Shown: positions 8,545 to 19,110, counted from the stretch's first letter. The stretch: DNA of 64,000 bases from Candidatus Moraniibacteriota bacterium (GCA_013334765.1 JAAXWW010000001.1:172589-236588); one strand, 5' to 3'. Numbers and translations are program-made. The notes: generated by a model not told the origin, from the letters alone.

Positions 8545-8632
8545 TTTTTTCCTGCAGATATTATCATTTTACTTGCCTTTCGTTCGCTTCGCTCACACGG
8601 AAGCCGCAAAATGATAATATCTGCAGGAAAAA
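8545..8632. repeat. 26-bp perfect inverted repeat (long stem-loop) in the atpE-atpF spacer
   Basis: TTTTTTCCTGCAGATATTATCATTTT (8545-8570) and its exact reverse complement (8607-8632), separated by a 36-nt spacer that contains a smaller hairpin. Confidence 0.7.
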
Positions 8633-8659
8633 AAAGAAACTCTCGGGCGTTAAAACAAT

Positions 8660-9157
8660 ATGGACCAATTGATCTCAACATTCCACATCGACCTGAAGCT
8701 CCTCATCGCGCAGGTAGTCAACTTCCTGATCGTTCTTCTTGTACTGTATAAGTTCGCGTATGGACCGGTTCTGAAGACCCTGAATGCGAGGACGAAGAAG
8801 ATCGAAAAAGGGATCAGCGATGCTGATGAAGCTAGAAAGAAGCTGGAAGAGGTTTCGGTGAGCGAAAAGGAAATCCTGACTAATGCGAAAAAAGAAGCGC
8901 AGGAAATCATCAGGAAAGCGGAAGAGGCAGCCGGACGCGACGCGAGCGGCATAGTCGCGGAGGCCAGGACCCAGACTGAGAAAATGATGGAACAGGCGAA
9001 GGTGCAGATTGAAGAGGAAAAAGAAAAGATACTTCTTGAGGTCAAGGGAGAAATCGCCGGGCTTGTCATGGCGGCGACAGAGAAGATTATTGGAGAGAAG
9101 ATGAATAAAGAGAAAGACGAAGAGATCATAAACAAGGCTATGGATGGTTTGAAATAA
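8660..9157 (+). CDS. atpF: F0F1 ATP synthase subunit b
   Basis: N-terminal TM helix followed by a long charged coiled-coil. Operon position. Confidence 0.85.
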   Translation: MDQLISTFHIDLKLLIAQVVNFLIVLLVLYKFAYGPVLKTLNARTKKIEKGISDADEARKKLEEVSVSEKEILTNAKKEAQEIIRKAEEAAGRDASGIVAEARTQTEKMMEQAKVQIEEEKEKILLEVKGEIAGLVMAATEKIIGEKMNKEKDEEIINKAMDGLK

Positions 9158-9167
9158 TAGAAAAAAG

Positions 9168-9569
9168 ATGAAATATACGGCGACACAATATGCGAAGACC
9201 CTGTATGAGATTACGAAGGGCAGGGGCGAACAGGAGATCAAGGATGACATCGCGGGCTTTTTGCGTCTTCTTGTGAAGAATGGCGATATGAGGCTCCGGG
9301 ATGCTGTCATCAAGAGATTCGGCGAGATATATGACGCGAAAAACGGAATCATCGAGGCGGAAGTCGTTTCAAGGGAAAAACTGGATGCGGCGATGATCGA
9401 TAAGCTGACCGGATTCATCAAGGACAAATACGGCGCGAACGAGGTTGTCATCAAAAACAAGATCGATGAGAAAATAGACGGAGGAATCATTATAAAAGTC
9501 GGAGACGAGCTGATGGACGGAAGCATTGCGAGGCAGCTGGCTAAAATGAGAAACAAATTAATCGCTTAG
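9168..9569 (+). CDS. atpH: F0F1 ATP synthase subunit delta (short form)
   Basis: 133 aa with OSCP-like C-terminus ('[25 protein letters not shown]'). Operon position. Confidence 0.8.
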   Translation: MKYTATQYAKTLYEITKGRGEQEIKDDIAGFLRLLVKNGDMRLRDAVIKRFGEIYDAKNGIIEAEVVSREKLDAAMIDKLTGFIKDKYGANEVVIKNKIDEKIDGGIIIKVGDELMDGSIARQLAKMRNKLIA

Positions 9570-9597
9570 GCTTAAATCGAAATTTTTATTTAAAATT

Positions 9598-11106
9598 ATG
9601 AACAAAGACTACATCATCGAACAACTGAAGAGCCAGATCAAAGGTTTCGAATCCGAGACTAAGACCGAGAAGGTCGGGACTGTCATGGAAATCGGGGATG
9701 GGGTCGCCCGCTTGAGCGGACTGACTGATGTCATGGCGAGCGAAATGCTCGAATTCCCGAACGGGGAATTCGGAGTGGCTCTCAATCTTGAGGAAGAGAG
9801 AGTAGGAGCCATGGTGCTCGGCGGATATGACGGCATCAAGGAAGGCGACCAGGTGAAATCGACCGGGAAGATCCTTTCGGTTCCGGTTTCTGACAATTTC
9901 ATCGGCCGCGTGATAAATCCGCTCGGCCTTCCGATCGACGGCAAAGGAGATATTAAGGCGGATGAATCCTATCCGATTGAGAAAATCGCCCCGGGTGTCA
10001 TTACCAGGAAATCGGTTCATCAGCCAGTGCAGACCGGAATAAAGGCCATCGATGCCATGATACCGGTCGGGCGCGGACAGCGCGAGCTTATCATCGGCGA
10101 CAGGCAGACCGGAAAGACGGCGATCGCTATCGACACTATCCTGAACCAGAAAGGCCAGGACATGATCTGCATCTATGTGGCTATCGGACAGAAGGAATCG
10201 AAGGTGGCGAGAATCGTCGGAGAGCTCACTGAACGCGGCGCTATGGACTATACGACGGTTGTCGTGGCTGGAGCATCTGATCCGGCTGCTCTCTCGTATA
10301 TCGCCCCGTATGCAGGCTGCGCGCTGGGCGAATATTTCATGGATAAAGGGAAAGATGTCCTCATCGTTTATGATGATCTTTCCCGCCATGCTTGGGCATA
10401 CCGTCAGATATCCCTCATCCTTCGCCGCCCGCCAGGACGCGAAGCTTATCCGGGAGATGTTTTCTATGTCCACTCGAGGCTTCTGGAAAGAAGCGCCAAA
10501 CTCAATGAGAAATTCGGAGGCGGATCCATCACGGCTCTTCCGATCATCGAAACCCAGGCTGGAGACGTTTCGGCATATATCCCGACCAATGTCATTTCGA
10601 TCACTGACGGACAGATATATCTGGAAGCGGATCTTTTCTATAAAGGAATCCGTCCGGCTCTCAATGTCGGAATCTCGGTTTCCCGCGTGGGATCTTCCGC
10701 TCAGATCAAGGCTATGAAGAAAGTGGCTGGAAAGCTGCGTCTCGACATCGCTCAGTTCCGCGAACTCGAGGCTTTTGCCCAGTTCGGATCCGATCTTGAT
10801 GAAGCGACCAAACAGAAAATCGAAAGAGGAAAAAGAACAGTTGAAATATTGAAACAGGGACAATACGAACCGATGGCAGTCGAGAATCAGGTGGCGATAT
10901 TATATGCCGTTACGAACGGGTTCACGGATGACGTCGAGGTTTCGAAAGTGAGGGATTGGGAGAAGGATTTCCATAAATACCTGAAGAGTTCCAAGAAAGA
11001 AGTCCTAGAACTTATCGCTTCCAAGAAAGAGCTGAGCGAAGACGTGATTGCGGCTCTCGAAGGAGCGATAAAGGAATTCAAAGAAGTTTATCAGAGCGGA
11101 AAATAA
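9598..11106 (+). CDS. atpA: F0F1 ATP synthase subunit alpha
   Basis: Walker A '[11 protein letters not shown]' and conserved alpha-subunit blocks. Confidence 0.95.
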   Translation: MNKDYIIEQLKSQIKGFESETKTEKVGTVMEIGDGVARLSGLTDVMASEMLEFPNGEFGVALNLEEERVGAMVLGGYDGIKEGDQVKSTGKILSVPVSDNFIGRVINPLGLPIDGKGDIKADESYPIEKIAPGVITRKSVHQPVQTGIKAIDAMIPVGRGQRELIIGDRQTGKTAIAIDTILNQKGQDMICIYVAIGQKESKVARIVGELTERGAMDYTTVVVAGASDPAALSYIAPYAGCALGEYFMDKGKDVLIVYDDLSRHAWAYRQISLILRRPPGREAYPGDVFYVHSRLLERSAKLNEKFGGGSITALPIIETQAGDVSAYIPTNVISITDGQIYLEADLFYKGIRPALNVGISVSRVGSSAQIKAMKKVAGKLRLDIAQFRELEAFAQFGSDLDEATKQKIERGKRTVEILKQGQYEPMAVENQVAILYAVTNGFTDDVEVSKVRDWEKDFHKYLKSSKKEVLELIASKKELSEDVIAALEGAIKEFKEVYQSGK

Positions 11107-11116
11107 AACATAATTT

Positions 11117-12079
11117 ATGGCTAGCTCAACGCGAGACATCAGAAGAAGGATAAAATCCATCAATAACACGAGGAAGATCACCCGTGCGATGGAGATGGTT
11201 TCGGCTGCCAAAATGAGGCGGGCCGTTGCCAGCGTGCTGGGGATCCGTCCCTATGCGCACAGCGCCTGGAGCGTGCTTACTAACCTAGCGAGGGCTTTCC
11301 GCGAGGAATACGGCAAGGGACTCCTTGCGGTGCGCGAGGTGAAGAGCGTCCTTGTCATCGTCATCACATCCAATCGCGGGCTTTGCGGTTCCTTCAATGC
11401 GCAGATAATGAAGAAGGTCCGGGATGAAATCAATAATCCCAAGAGGCTGAAAATAAACCGTGTCGGAGAAAGGAAAATAGAATCCGGCATTTCCGATGCG
11501 GATCTCAATATCGATTTCATAACCATCGGCAAGAAAGGGGAGATGCTCATCAGGAAAATGAGCCGGGAAATCGTAGCGACTTTCCCTGAGCTTACCTATC
11601 TTCCGAAAATAGAGGACGTGCGCGGAGTTTCGAAAATAGTCATCGATGATTATCTATCGAAGAAATATGACAAAGTGGTTATCGCATATACTGACTATGT
11701 TTCAGCGATCGTCCAGGAACCGAAAATCCGTCAGCTGCTTCCGATTTCGAAAATAGATCTGGAAAAACAGATTGCTGAAATGGACTCCCATGCCAAGGAA
11801 TTCGGGCTGAAGCAGCCGAAGACCGAATACAAAGTTGAGCCTGATCCGGTGACGGTTCTCGATCATATCTTCCCGCGCCTTATCGAAATGCAGATATATC
11901 ACGCGATCCTGGAATCCAACGCTTCCAAGGAATCGGCGACGATGGTGGCGATGAGGAACGCGACGGATGCGGCCGGAGAGATGTCAGACAGTCTCACGCT
12001 TGCCTATAACCAGATCCGCCAGATGAAGATCACCCAGGAAATAGCAGAAATTTCAGCAGGCCGGGCAGCATTGGAATAG
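11117..12079 (+). CDS. atpG: F0F1 ATP synthase subunit gamma
   Basis: N-terminal 'IRRRIKSINNTRKITRAMEMVSAAKMRRA' and C-terminal 'MVAMRNATDAAGEM…LAYNQIRQMKITQEI'. Confidence 0.9.
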   Translation: MASSTRDIRRRIKSINNTRKITRAMEMVSAAKMRRAVASVLGIRPYAHSAWSVLTNLARAFREEYGKGLLAVREVKSVLVIVITSNRGLCGSFNAQIMKKVRDEINNPKRLKINRVGERKIESGISDADLNIDFITIGKKGEMLIRKMSREIVATFPELTYLPKIEDVRGVSKIVIDDYLSKKYDKVVIAYTDYVSAIVQEPKIRQLLPISKIDLEKQIAEMDSHAKEFGLKQPKTEYKVEPDPVTVLDHIFPRLIEMQIYHAILESNASKESATMVAMRNATDAAGEMSDSLTLAYNQIRQMKITQEIAEISAGRAALE

Positions 12080-12137
12080 CATTTAGGATAGTATTTGAAA
12101 TATATCGAAAAAAGTCAGGTTCTTTGATTTTGAGAAT

Positions 12138-12180
12138 AAAAAAAACCGCCCCGGACCCCTGTTGGGGACCCGAGGCGGGA
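12138..12180 (-). terminator. Rho-independent terminator (minus-strand orientation, possibly bidirectional)
   Basis: GC-rich imperfect hairpin (…CCCCTGTTGGGG… core). On the plus strand it is preceded by A8, so on the minus strand it is followed by U8. Located between the atpG stop and the end of the minus-strand gene. Confidence 0.45.
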
Positions 12181-12188
12181 GAGGCTAG

Positions 12189-12710
12189 CTACGCAGAACT
12201 TTCGTCATTTTTGTTCTGGCAGTAGTGAGCCAATACAATCAGGGTGCCCAAAAGCGCAAGCACGACGCCGACTATTGCGGCGGTCGAGACTGCAAAGTCT
12301 CGGTTTTCGGCCAAGATTGCCGCGACAATAAATATTGCTCCTGTTATGACCATTGATAACCCGGTCGCAACCGGCTTTTTGGTGAAGCCGTCAATGGCGA
12401 CGACTTTGGCGACATGGATGGTTTTCTTGAGCCATTCCTTGGACACTTCGACTCCCTTGTTGATGGTTCCGAGTGCTCTCAAAAAGAGAGCGTCGATCTG
12501 GTCCATGATCTCGGCATTATTCCATGCCAATACAATCATGAACAAGAATCCTGCCATGGACACCACGAATCCTATGACAAGCAAATGGATGGTTATGGTC
12601 ATCCAGACTTCACCCGTCGCATTTTTGCTGAAAGCCACCAGAAAGCCGGTGGCTAAAATAAAAAGTCCTAAAAACGACACAACAAAGGAACTCAATAACG
12701 CTTTGGACAT
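12189..12710 (-). CDS. hypothetical polytopic membrane protein (antisense insertion within the atp operon)
   Basis: 173 aa with 4-5 predicted TM helices. No family recognised. Lies between atpG and atpD on the opposite strand. Confidence 0.5.
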   Translation of the reverse strand: MSKALLSSFVVSFLGLFILATGFLVAFSKNATGEVWMTITIHLLVIGFVVSMAGFLFMIVLAWNNAEIMDQIDALFLRALGTINKGVEVSKEWLKKTIHVAKVVAIDGFTKKPVATGLSMVITGAIFIVAAILAENRDFAVSTAAIVGVVLALLGTLIVLAHYCQNKNDESSA

Positions 12711-12918
12711 GATTCTGACCTCTCTACGATATATGTATACGGGTTTTTAAAGGGCTATTTTATGTCAGTAGATACTGACTTTAAACTATAGCACACAAAA
12801 CACGAAAAGTCAATGATTGAATCCTTGTTAGCGTATATGGCTTTAAATAAGGCAATATCCGGCAATAAGAATTTAATTAAGATAAGTATAACATTTATTA
12901 AGCTAAAAGGCTAAGTAA

Positions 12919-14304
<1,386 letters not shown>

Positions 14305-14418
14305 GAATTTAGTATTTTGAATTTTGAATGGGAACAAAGAATATTGAATCAATGCCGTATTCTGAATTCAATATTCTCATTCTAAATACTGAATTCACAA
14401 TTCGATATTCTAAAAAAG

Positions 14419-14862
14419 ATGTCGGAATTATCCATAAAATTGAAAATAGTCACTCCGGAAAAGACCGTTTTTGAGGATACGGTGAGCCAGGCTACGCTTT
14501 CGACGACTGACGGGCAGATAACTATACTGCCGAATCACCGTTCGTATATAGCGAGCCTCAGGCCTGACGAGCTCATGTTTAAGAAGGAATCAAAGGAAAC
14601 GATCCTGTATATCTCGGGAGGCTTTATCGAGTTCAACAGGAACGAGCTGGTAGTTCTGGCTGATACGGCGGAAAGAGTCGAGGAAATAGATCTTAAGAAC
14701 GCAGAGGAAGCGAGGGCGCGCGCCGAGGAACTCAAGAAGGAGAAGATATTGATGAGCGACGAGGAATATGCCGCCGTGGCTGCCGCGATCGAAAGGGAAT
14801 CAGCCAGGGTCAGGATCGCGAGGAAGCACTATTCCAAGCGCGGGGTATCTTTGGGAGAGTAA
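14419..14862 (+). CDS. atpC: F0F1 ATP synthase subunit epsilon
   Basis: N-terminal beta-sandwich 'LKIVTPEKTVFEDTVSQATLSTTDGQITILPNH' and a C-terminal helical hairpin. Confidence 0.85.
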   Translation: MSELSIKLKIVTPEKTVFEDTVSQATLSTTDGQITILPNHRSYIASLRPDELMFKKESKETILYISGGFIEFNRNELVVLADTAERVEEIDLKNAEEARARAEELKKEKILMSDEEYAAVAAAIERESARVRIARKHYSKRGVSLGE

Positions 14863-14915
14863 TTTTTTTAGATAAGCTGCTCGGCAGTTTTCTGTCTGAC
14901 AAGCCAGCAATCATC

Positions 14916-15362
14916 ATGAAGATAAAATTCAACTACAAGGGAGTGCATCATTGCGAAGCGGTCGTCCTGAGCTGCATCGATTTCCGTTTTTGGCGTGAAA
15001 GCGTCGAGTTCATAGAAAAAGGGTTGGGAATCAGGTCTTTCGATTTCCCATCGGTTCCCGGATCGGCTAAGGCAGTAAATGAATCTTATTCCATAGAAGA
15101 GACGGTAAAAAGCTGCATAAGCGTTCCGATGGAACTTCATAATGCCAAGAAGATAGTTATCATAAACCACGAGGATTGCGGAGCTTATGGCGGATCGAAG
15201 GAGTTCGGCGGCGATAGCGCAAAGGAGCAGTCTTTCCACGAAGAAGAGCTGAGAACCGCCAAGAGAAACATCCTGGAGCATTTTCCGGACAAGGAAGTGA
15301 TCCTGGTTTATGCCCGGTTTGCCGATGACGGCGAAGCGGTCGAATTTTTGACGATTGAATGA
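14916..15362 (+). CDS. beta-class carbonic anhydrase-like protein (minimal), tentative
   Basis: C-x-D-x-R ('SCIDFR') and H-x-x-C-G ('HEDCGAYGG') motifs, ~56 aa apart as in beta-CAs. Only 148 aa. Confidence 0.4.
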   Translation: MKIKFNYKGVHHCEAVVLSCIDFRFWRESVEFIEKGLGIRSFDFPSVPGSAKAVNESYSIEETVKSCISVPMELHNAKKIVIINHEDCGAYGGSKEFGGDSAKEQSFHEEELRTAKRNILEHFPDKEVILVYARFADDGEAVEFLTIE

Positions 15363-15421
15363 GTTTTGGCAATAGGGTCATATCGCAGTTTCTTTACAAT
15401 TTAAAAAAGGGAAGGTTGAAG

Positions 15422-16057
15422 ATGCCTCATTTCGACGATTGTTTCGGCAATCCGATTATAGATCAGGATGCTTTTGTCAGCAGCCAAGCAACGATTATCG
15501 GGAAGATTATCATAGAGAAAGATGTTATTGTCGCTCCTAACGTCTCTCTGCGAGCAGATGAAGGCAGTCCGTTCATAATACGTAAAGGTACGAATATTCA
15601 GGACGGTGTCGTGTTTCACGGATTGTTGGGAAAATATGTGAGATGTGAAGGAGAAGACTATTCTATTCATATTGGGTCGCACTGCTCGATTGCTCATGGA
15701 GCCATAGTCCATGGTCCGTCGTCGGTGGGAAAAAAGACATTCATTGGTTTCAGAGCGATTGTGCACAACTCGAGTGTTGGCAAACATTGCTTTATCGATA
15801 TGCAAGCCACGGTCAAAGGTTCATTGGTTGGAGATTTCTGTCATATTGGGACAGGAGCCAGACTGATAGGGGTCAACGTTCCTTGCAACAGATACATAGA
15901 GGATGGGCTTATAGTCAACAAGCAAGAGATGGTGAAAACCTTGCCTTGCATAAGCGAAGAACAGCTGCTTCTTGATTATGAATTCAACAAAGAAGTGGTT
16001 GATTATAACAAAATTCTCGTCGGAAGATATCGTGAAAGGCGTAAATCTATGCTATAA
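15422..16057 (+). CDS. gamma-class carbonic anhydrase-like / left-handed beta-helix (hexapeptide repeat) protein
   Basis: Hexapeptide-repeat fold with gamma-CA-like His triad spacing ('VFHGLLG…SIAHGAIVHG'). Start moved to ATG 15422 (MPHFDD), which has a GGAAGG RBS. Confidence 0.55.
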   Translation: MPHFDDCFGNPIIDQDAFVSSQATIIGKIIIEKDVIVAPNVSLRADEGSPFIIRKGTNIQDGVVFHGLLGKYVRCEGEDYSIHIGSHCSIAHGAIVHGPSSVGKKTFIGFRAIVHNSSVGKHCFIDMQATVKGSLVGDFCHIGTGARLIGVNVPCNRYIEDGLIVNKQEMVKTLPCISEEQLLLDYEFNKEVVDYNKILVGRYRERRKSML

Positions 16058-16076
16058 AACGAAGCTAACTTATAGG

Positions 16077-16110
16077 CAGTGCTCCACATGTGGAGCACTG
16101 CCTTTTTTCT
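16077..16110 (+). terminator. Rho-independent terminator
   Basis: Perfect hairpin GGCAGTGCTCCACA/TGTGGAGCACTGCC followed by TTTTTTC. Confidence 0.65.
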
Positions 16111-16151
16111 TGAAAAAAACCAGGAAATAGGCTACAGTTAAATGGAAACAT

Positions 16152-16235
16152 ATGGAAAAATACAATCCTAGCGAAATTGAGCCTAAATGGCCCGCCTTCG
16201 TCCCGCTTAGCGGGACTTCGGTGGGCAAAGCATAA
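16152..16235 (+). CDS. 27-codon upstream ORF duplicating the LeuS N-terminus (leader peptide?)
   Basis: Encodes MEKYNPSEIEPKWPAFVPLSGTSVGKA. The first 13 codons are a diverged copy (31/39 nt) of the leuS start (MEKYEPSKIEPKW). It stops 4 nt before the leuS ATG, in a different frame. Contains a CCCGCTTAGCGGG hairpin. Confidence 0.3.
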   Translation: MEKYNPSEIEPKWPAFVPLSGTSVGKA

Positions 16236-16239
16236 ATAT

Positions 16240-19110
16240 ATGGAAAAATACGAGCCTTCTAAAATCGAGCCGAAATGGCAGAAATGTTGGGAAGAACATC
16301 CGGAGCTTTCGGCTGCCGATGATGCCGTGAATAAGCCGAAATATTATTGTTTGGACATGTTCCCGTATCCTTCTGGCGATGGCTTGCATGTGGGCCATGT
16401 GGAAAGCTATACGGCGACTGATATCGTTTCGCGTTTCAAGCGAATGAACGGAAAAAATGTGCTTCATCCGCAAGGTTGGGACGCGTTCGGCCTGCCTGCT
16501 GAGAACTATGCGATCAAGACCGGAACCCATCCGGATCTGAGGACGCATCAGAATATTGCGAATTTCACAAGACAGATAAAATCCCTTGGCATGTCATATG
16601 ACTGGTCGCGGGAAATCGATACATCAAACCCTGAATATTACAAATGGACGCAATGGCTGTTTCTGCTGTTCTATAAGAACGGATTGGCATACAAGAAAAT
16701 GGGGAAGGTCAATTGGTGCCCTTCCTGCCAAACAGTGCTTGCTAACGAACAGGTTGAAGATGGAATCTGCGAGAGATGCAAGAATGAAGTGATTCAGAAA
16801 GATCTCGAGCAATGGTATTTCAAGATCACGGATTTCATCGAGAACAACAAAGAAACGACAGGCCTCATTGAAGGCTTGGGGAAAGTCGATTGGCCCGGTT
16901 CAACAATAGCGGCGCAAAAGAATTGGATCGGCAAAAGCGAAGGAGTCGAATTCAAATTCAAGGTCAAGAATTCAGATTCCGAAATCAGTGTTTATACTAC
17001 GCGTATAGACACGGTTTTCGGTGTGACATACGTAGTTGTCGGTCCGGAACACAGGATCATCAAAGGGCTCAAAGACAAGATTTCAAACATAGAAGAAGTC
17101 GAGACATATGTGGCAGAAACGAAAAAGAAAACGGATCTTGAAAGAATGGAGGCGAAGGTGAAGACTGGCGTTGAATTGAGAGGAATAAAAGTCATCAACC
17201 CGTTCAGCGGCCAGGAAGTGCCTCTCTTCGTTGCGGATTATGTCTTGAGTCAATATGGAACCGGAGCGGTTATGGCAGTTCCGGCGCATGACGAAAGGGA
17301 TTTCGAGTTTGCGAAGAAATATGATTTGCCGATAAAGAGGGTGATAGAACCTAAATTTATTGCTGGCCCAGGAAGCGATTCTGCGATAATGCCTGGTCAG
17401 GAATATATAAAGCGCAGTGCTATTGCCGCAGTTATTAGAAATCCCAAAGATGACACGTATTTATGTATCAGCTGGAAAACTGCTCATATGCATGGAATAG
17501 TTACTGGCGGTGTTGATGAAGGCGAAGATATCGTCGAAGCTGCGCGGCGTGAAGTGCTTGAAGAGACTGGATACAAAAATTTGAAATTGGTAAAAATTTC
17601 AGACAAAGCAATTCATAGTCTTTTTTATCACCGTGTAAAGAAACAGAATCGCTGGGCACGTTTCCAATATGTAATTTTTGATTTGATTGACGAGCAACAA
17701 GAAGCTATAGATGAAAAAGAAGCGGCTCTGCATGAAATTATTTGGAAGAAAAAAGAAGAGCTTAGGGACTTTTTTAGTGTTATTGAAGGAACTTACATAA
17801 TGAATCTTCTTGATAATATTGATAGTGCTTTTACGGATGATGGTGTTGTGTATAATTCCGGAGAATATGACTGGATGGATTCTTCCGAGGCTCGCAAAAA
17901 GATGGCCCAGTGGCTGGAAAAAGAGGGGATCGGTAAGAAGAAGATAAATTACAAGCTGCGCGATTGGCTGGTTTCGAGGCAAAGATATTGGGGCGCTCCG
18001 ATTCCGATCATATATTGCGACAAGTGCGGAGCGGTTCCGGTTCCGGAGAAGGACTTGCCGGTGATGCTTCCGACAGATGTGGATTTCAAGCCGATTGGAG
18101 AATCTCCATTGGCATATTCGAAAACTTTCCATGATGTGGTTTGCCCGAAATGCGGAGGGAAAGCCAGGAGAGAATCGGACACGATGGATACATTCGTCTG
18201 CTCATCTTGGTATTATTTCAGATATTCCGATCCGAAAAACAGAGAAGAGTTCGCATCAAAAGAGAATATAAAGAAATGGCTGCCGGTTGATCTATACGTC
18301 GGAGGAGCGGAGCATAGCGTGCTCCATCTTCTGTATGCCAGGTTTTTCACGAAAGCATTGCACAATCTCGGATACGTCGGCTTTGATGAGCCGTTCTTGA
18401 AATTGCGCCATCAGGGAATGATTCTGGCGGAAGACGGACGCAAGATGTCGAAGTCGCTCGGGAATGTCATAAATCCGGATGTCGTCGTGAAGGAATTCGG
18501 GGCTGACTCGCTGCGCATATTCGAGATGTTCATGGGTCCATTTGATGCGATGAAACCGTGGAATACGAAAGGAATAGTCGGGATGCAGAGGTTTTTGGAT
18601 AAAGTATGGAGATTTAGCGAAACAGTTTCCGATAGCAATGAGCCGGACGTGAAGATCCAATCATTGCTTCACAAAACAATCAAGAAAGTCACCGCTGACA
18701 TTGAAGATTTCCATTTCAATACTGCTGTATCGCAGCTCATGATCCTGGCTAATGCAATGGAAAAGGAAACGGTAATTTTCAAGGATGAATACGGAAAATT
18801 CCTCATTCTCCTTTCTCCCTTCGCTCCGCATATCGCGGAAGAGCTGTGGTCCAGAATCGGAAATGACAAATCTATTTTCCTGGAGTCCTGGCCGGAATAC
18901 GACGCGGAATTGGCCAAGGATGAAGAGGCTGAAGTCGTGATCCAGGTCAACGGGAAAGTGCGCGATAAGATGACCGTCAGCGCGGATATGGATGAAGAGG
19001 AAATGAAAGCTCTCGCTATCGCAAGTGAAAAAGTACAAGCTCATATATCAGGAAAGGAAATCAGGAAAATCATCGTTGTCAAAGGCAGGCTCGTCAGCAT
19101 AGTGGTCTAG
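16240..19110 (+). CDS. leuS: leucyl-tRNA synthetase carrying an internal Nudix-hydrolase domain insertion
   Basis: 'HVGHVESYTATD' HIGH motif, CP1 editing domain ('TTRIDTVFGVTY', 'GTGAVMAVPAHDERDFEFAKKY'), 'KMSKSLGN' and 'NYKLRDWLVSRQRYWGAPIP'. An extra ~160 aa at ~17350-17840 carries a canonical Nudix box 'GGVDEGEDIVEAARREVLEETGY'. Confidence 0.95.
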   Translation: MEKYEPSKIEPKWQKCWEEHPELSAADDAVNKPKYYCLDMFPYPSGDGLHVGHVESYTATDIVSRFKRMNGKNVLHPQGWDAFGLPAENYAIKTGTHPDLRTHQNIANFTRQIKSLGMSYDWSREIDTSNPEYYKWTQWLFLLFYKNGLAYKKMGKVNWCPSCQTVLANEQVEDGICERCKNEVIQKDLEQWYFKITDFIENNKETTGLIEGLGKVDWPGSTIAAQKNWIGKSEGVEFKFKVKNSDSEISVYTTRIDTVFGVTYVVVGPEHRIIKGLKDKISNIEEVETYVAETKKKTDLERMEAKVKTGVELRGIKVINPFSGQEVPLFVADYVLSQYGTGAVMAVPAHDERDFEFAKKYDLPIKRVIEPKFIAGPGSDSAIMPGQEYIKRSAIAAVIRNPKDDTYLCISWKTAHMHGIVTGGVDEGEDIVEAARREVLEETGYKNLKLVKISDKAIHSLFYHRVKKQNRWARFQYVIFDLIDEQQEAIDEKEAALHEIIWKKKEELRDFFSVIEGTYIMNLLDNIDSAFTDDGVVYNSGEYDWMDSSEARKKMAQWLEKEGIGKKKINYKLRDWLVSRQRYWGAPIPIIYCDKCGAVPVPEKDLPVMLPTDVDFKPIGESPLAYSKTFHDVVCPKCGGKARRESDTMDTFVCSSWYYFRYSDPKNREEFASKENIKKWLPVDLYVGGAEHSVLHLLYARFFTKALHNLGYVGFDEPFLKLRHQGMILAEDGRKMSKSLGNVINPDVVVKEFGADSLRIFEMFMGPFDAMKPWNTKGIVGMQRFLDKVWRFSETVSDSNEPDVKIQSLLHKTIKKVTADIEDFHFNTAVSQLMILANAMEKETVIFKDEYGKFLILLSPFAPHIAEELWSRIGNDKSIFLESWPEYDAELAKDEEAEVVIQVNGKVRDKMTVSADMDEEEMKALAIASEKVQAHISGKEIRKIIVVKGRLVSIVV

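Noticed and set aside
8478-8751. Mirror-image ORFs 8478-8681 (minus) and 8536-8751 (plus) in the atpE-atpF spacer.
   Set aside because: Both are generated by the 26-bp perfect palindrome, which gives similar peptides ('FFPADIIIL') on both strands. There are no start signals and they overlap atpF.
16152-16235. uORF upstream of leuS as a classical leucine-codon transcription attenuator.
   Set aside because: The uORF has only one Leu codon and no tandem Leu run. No alternative terminator/antiterminator pair with a U-tract is evident.
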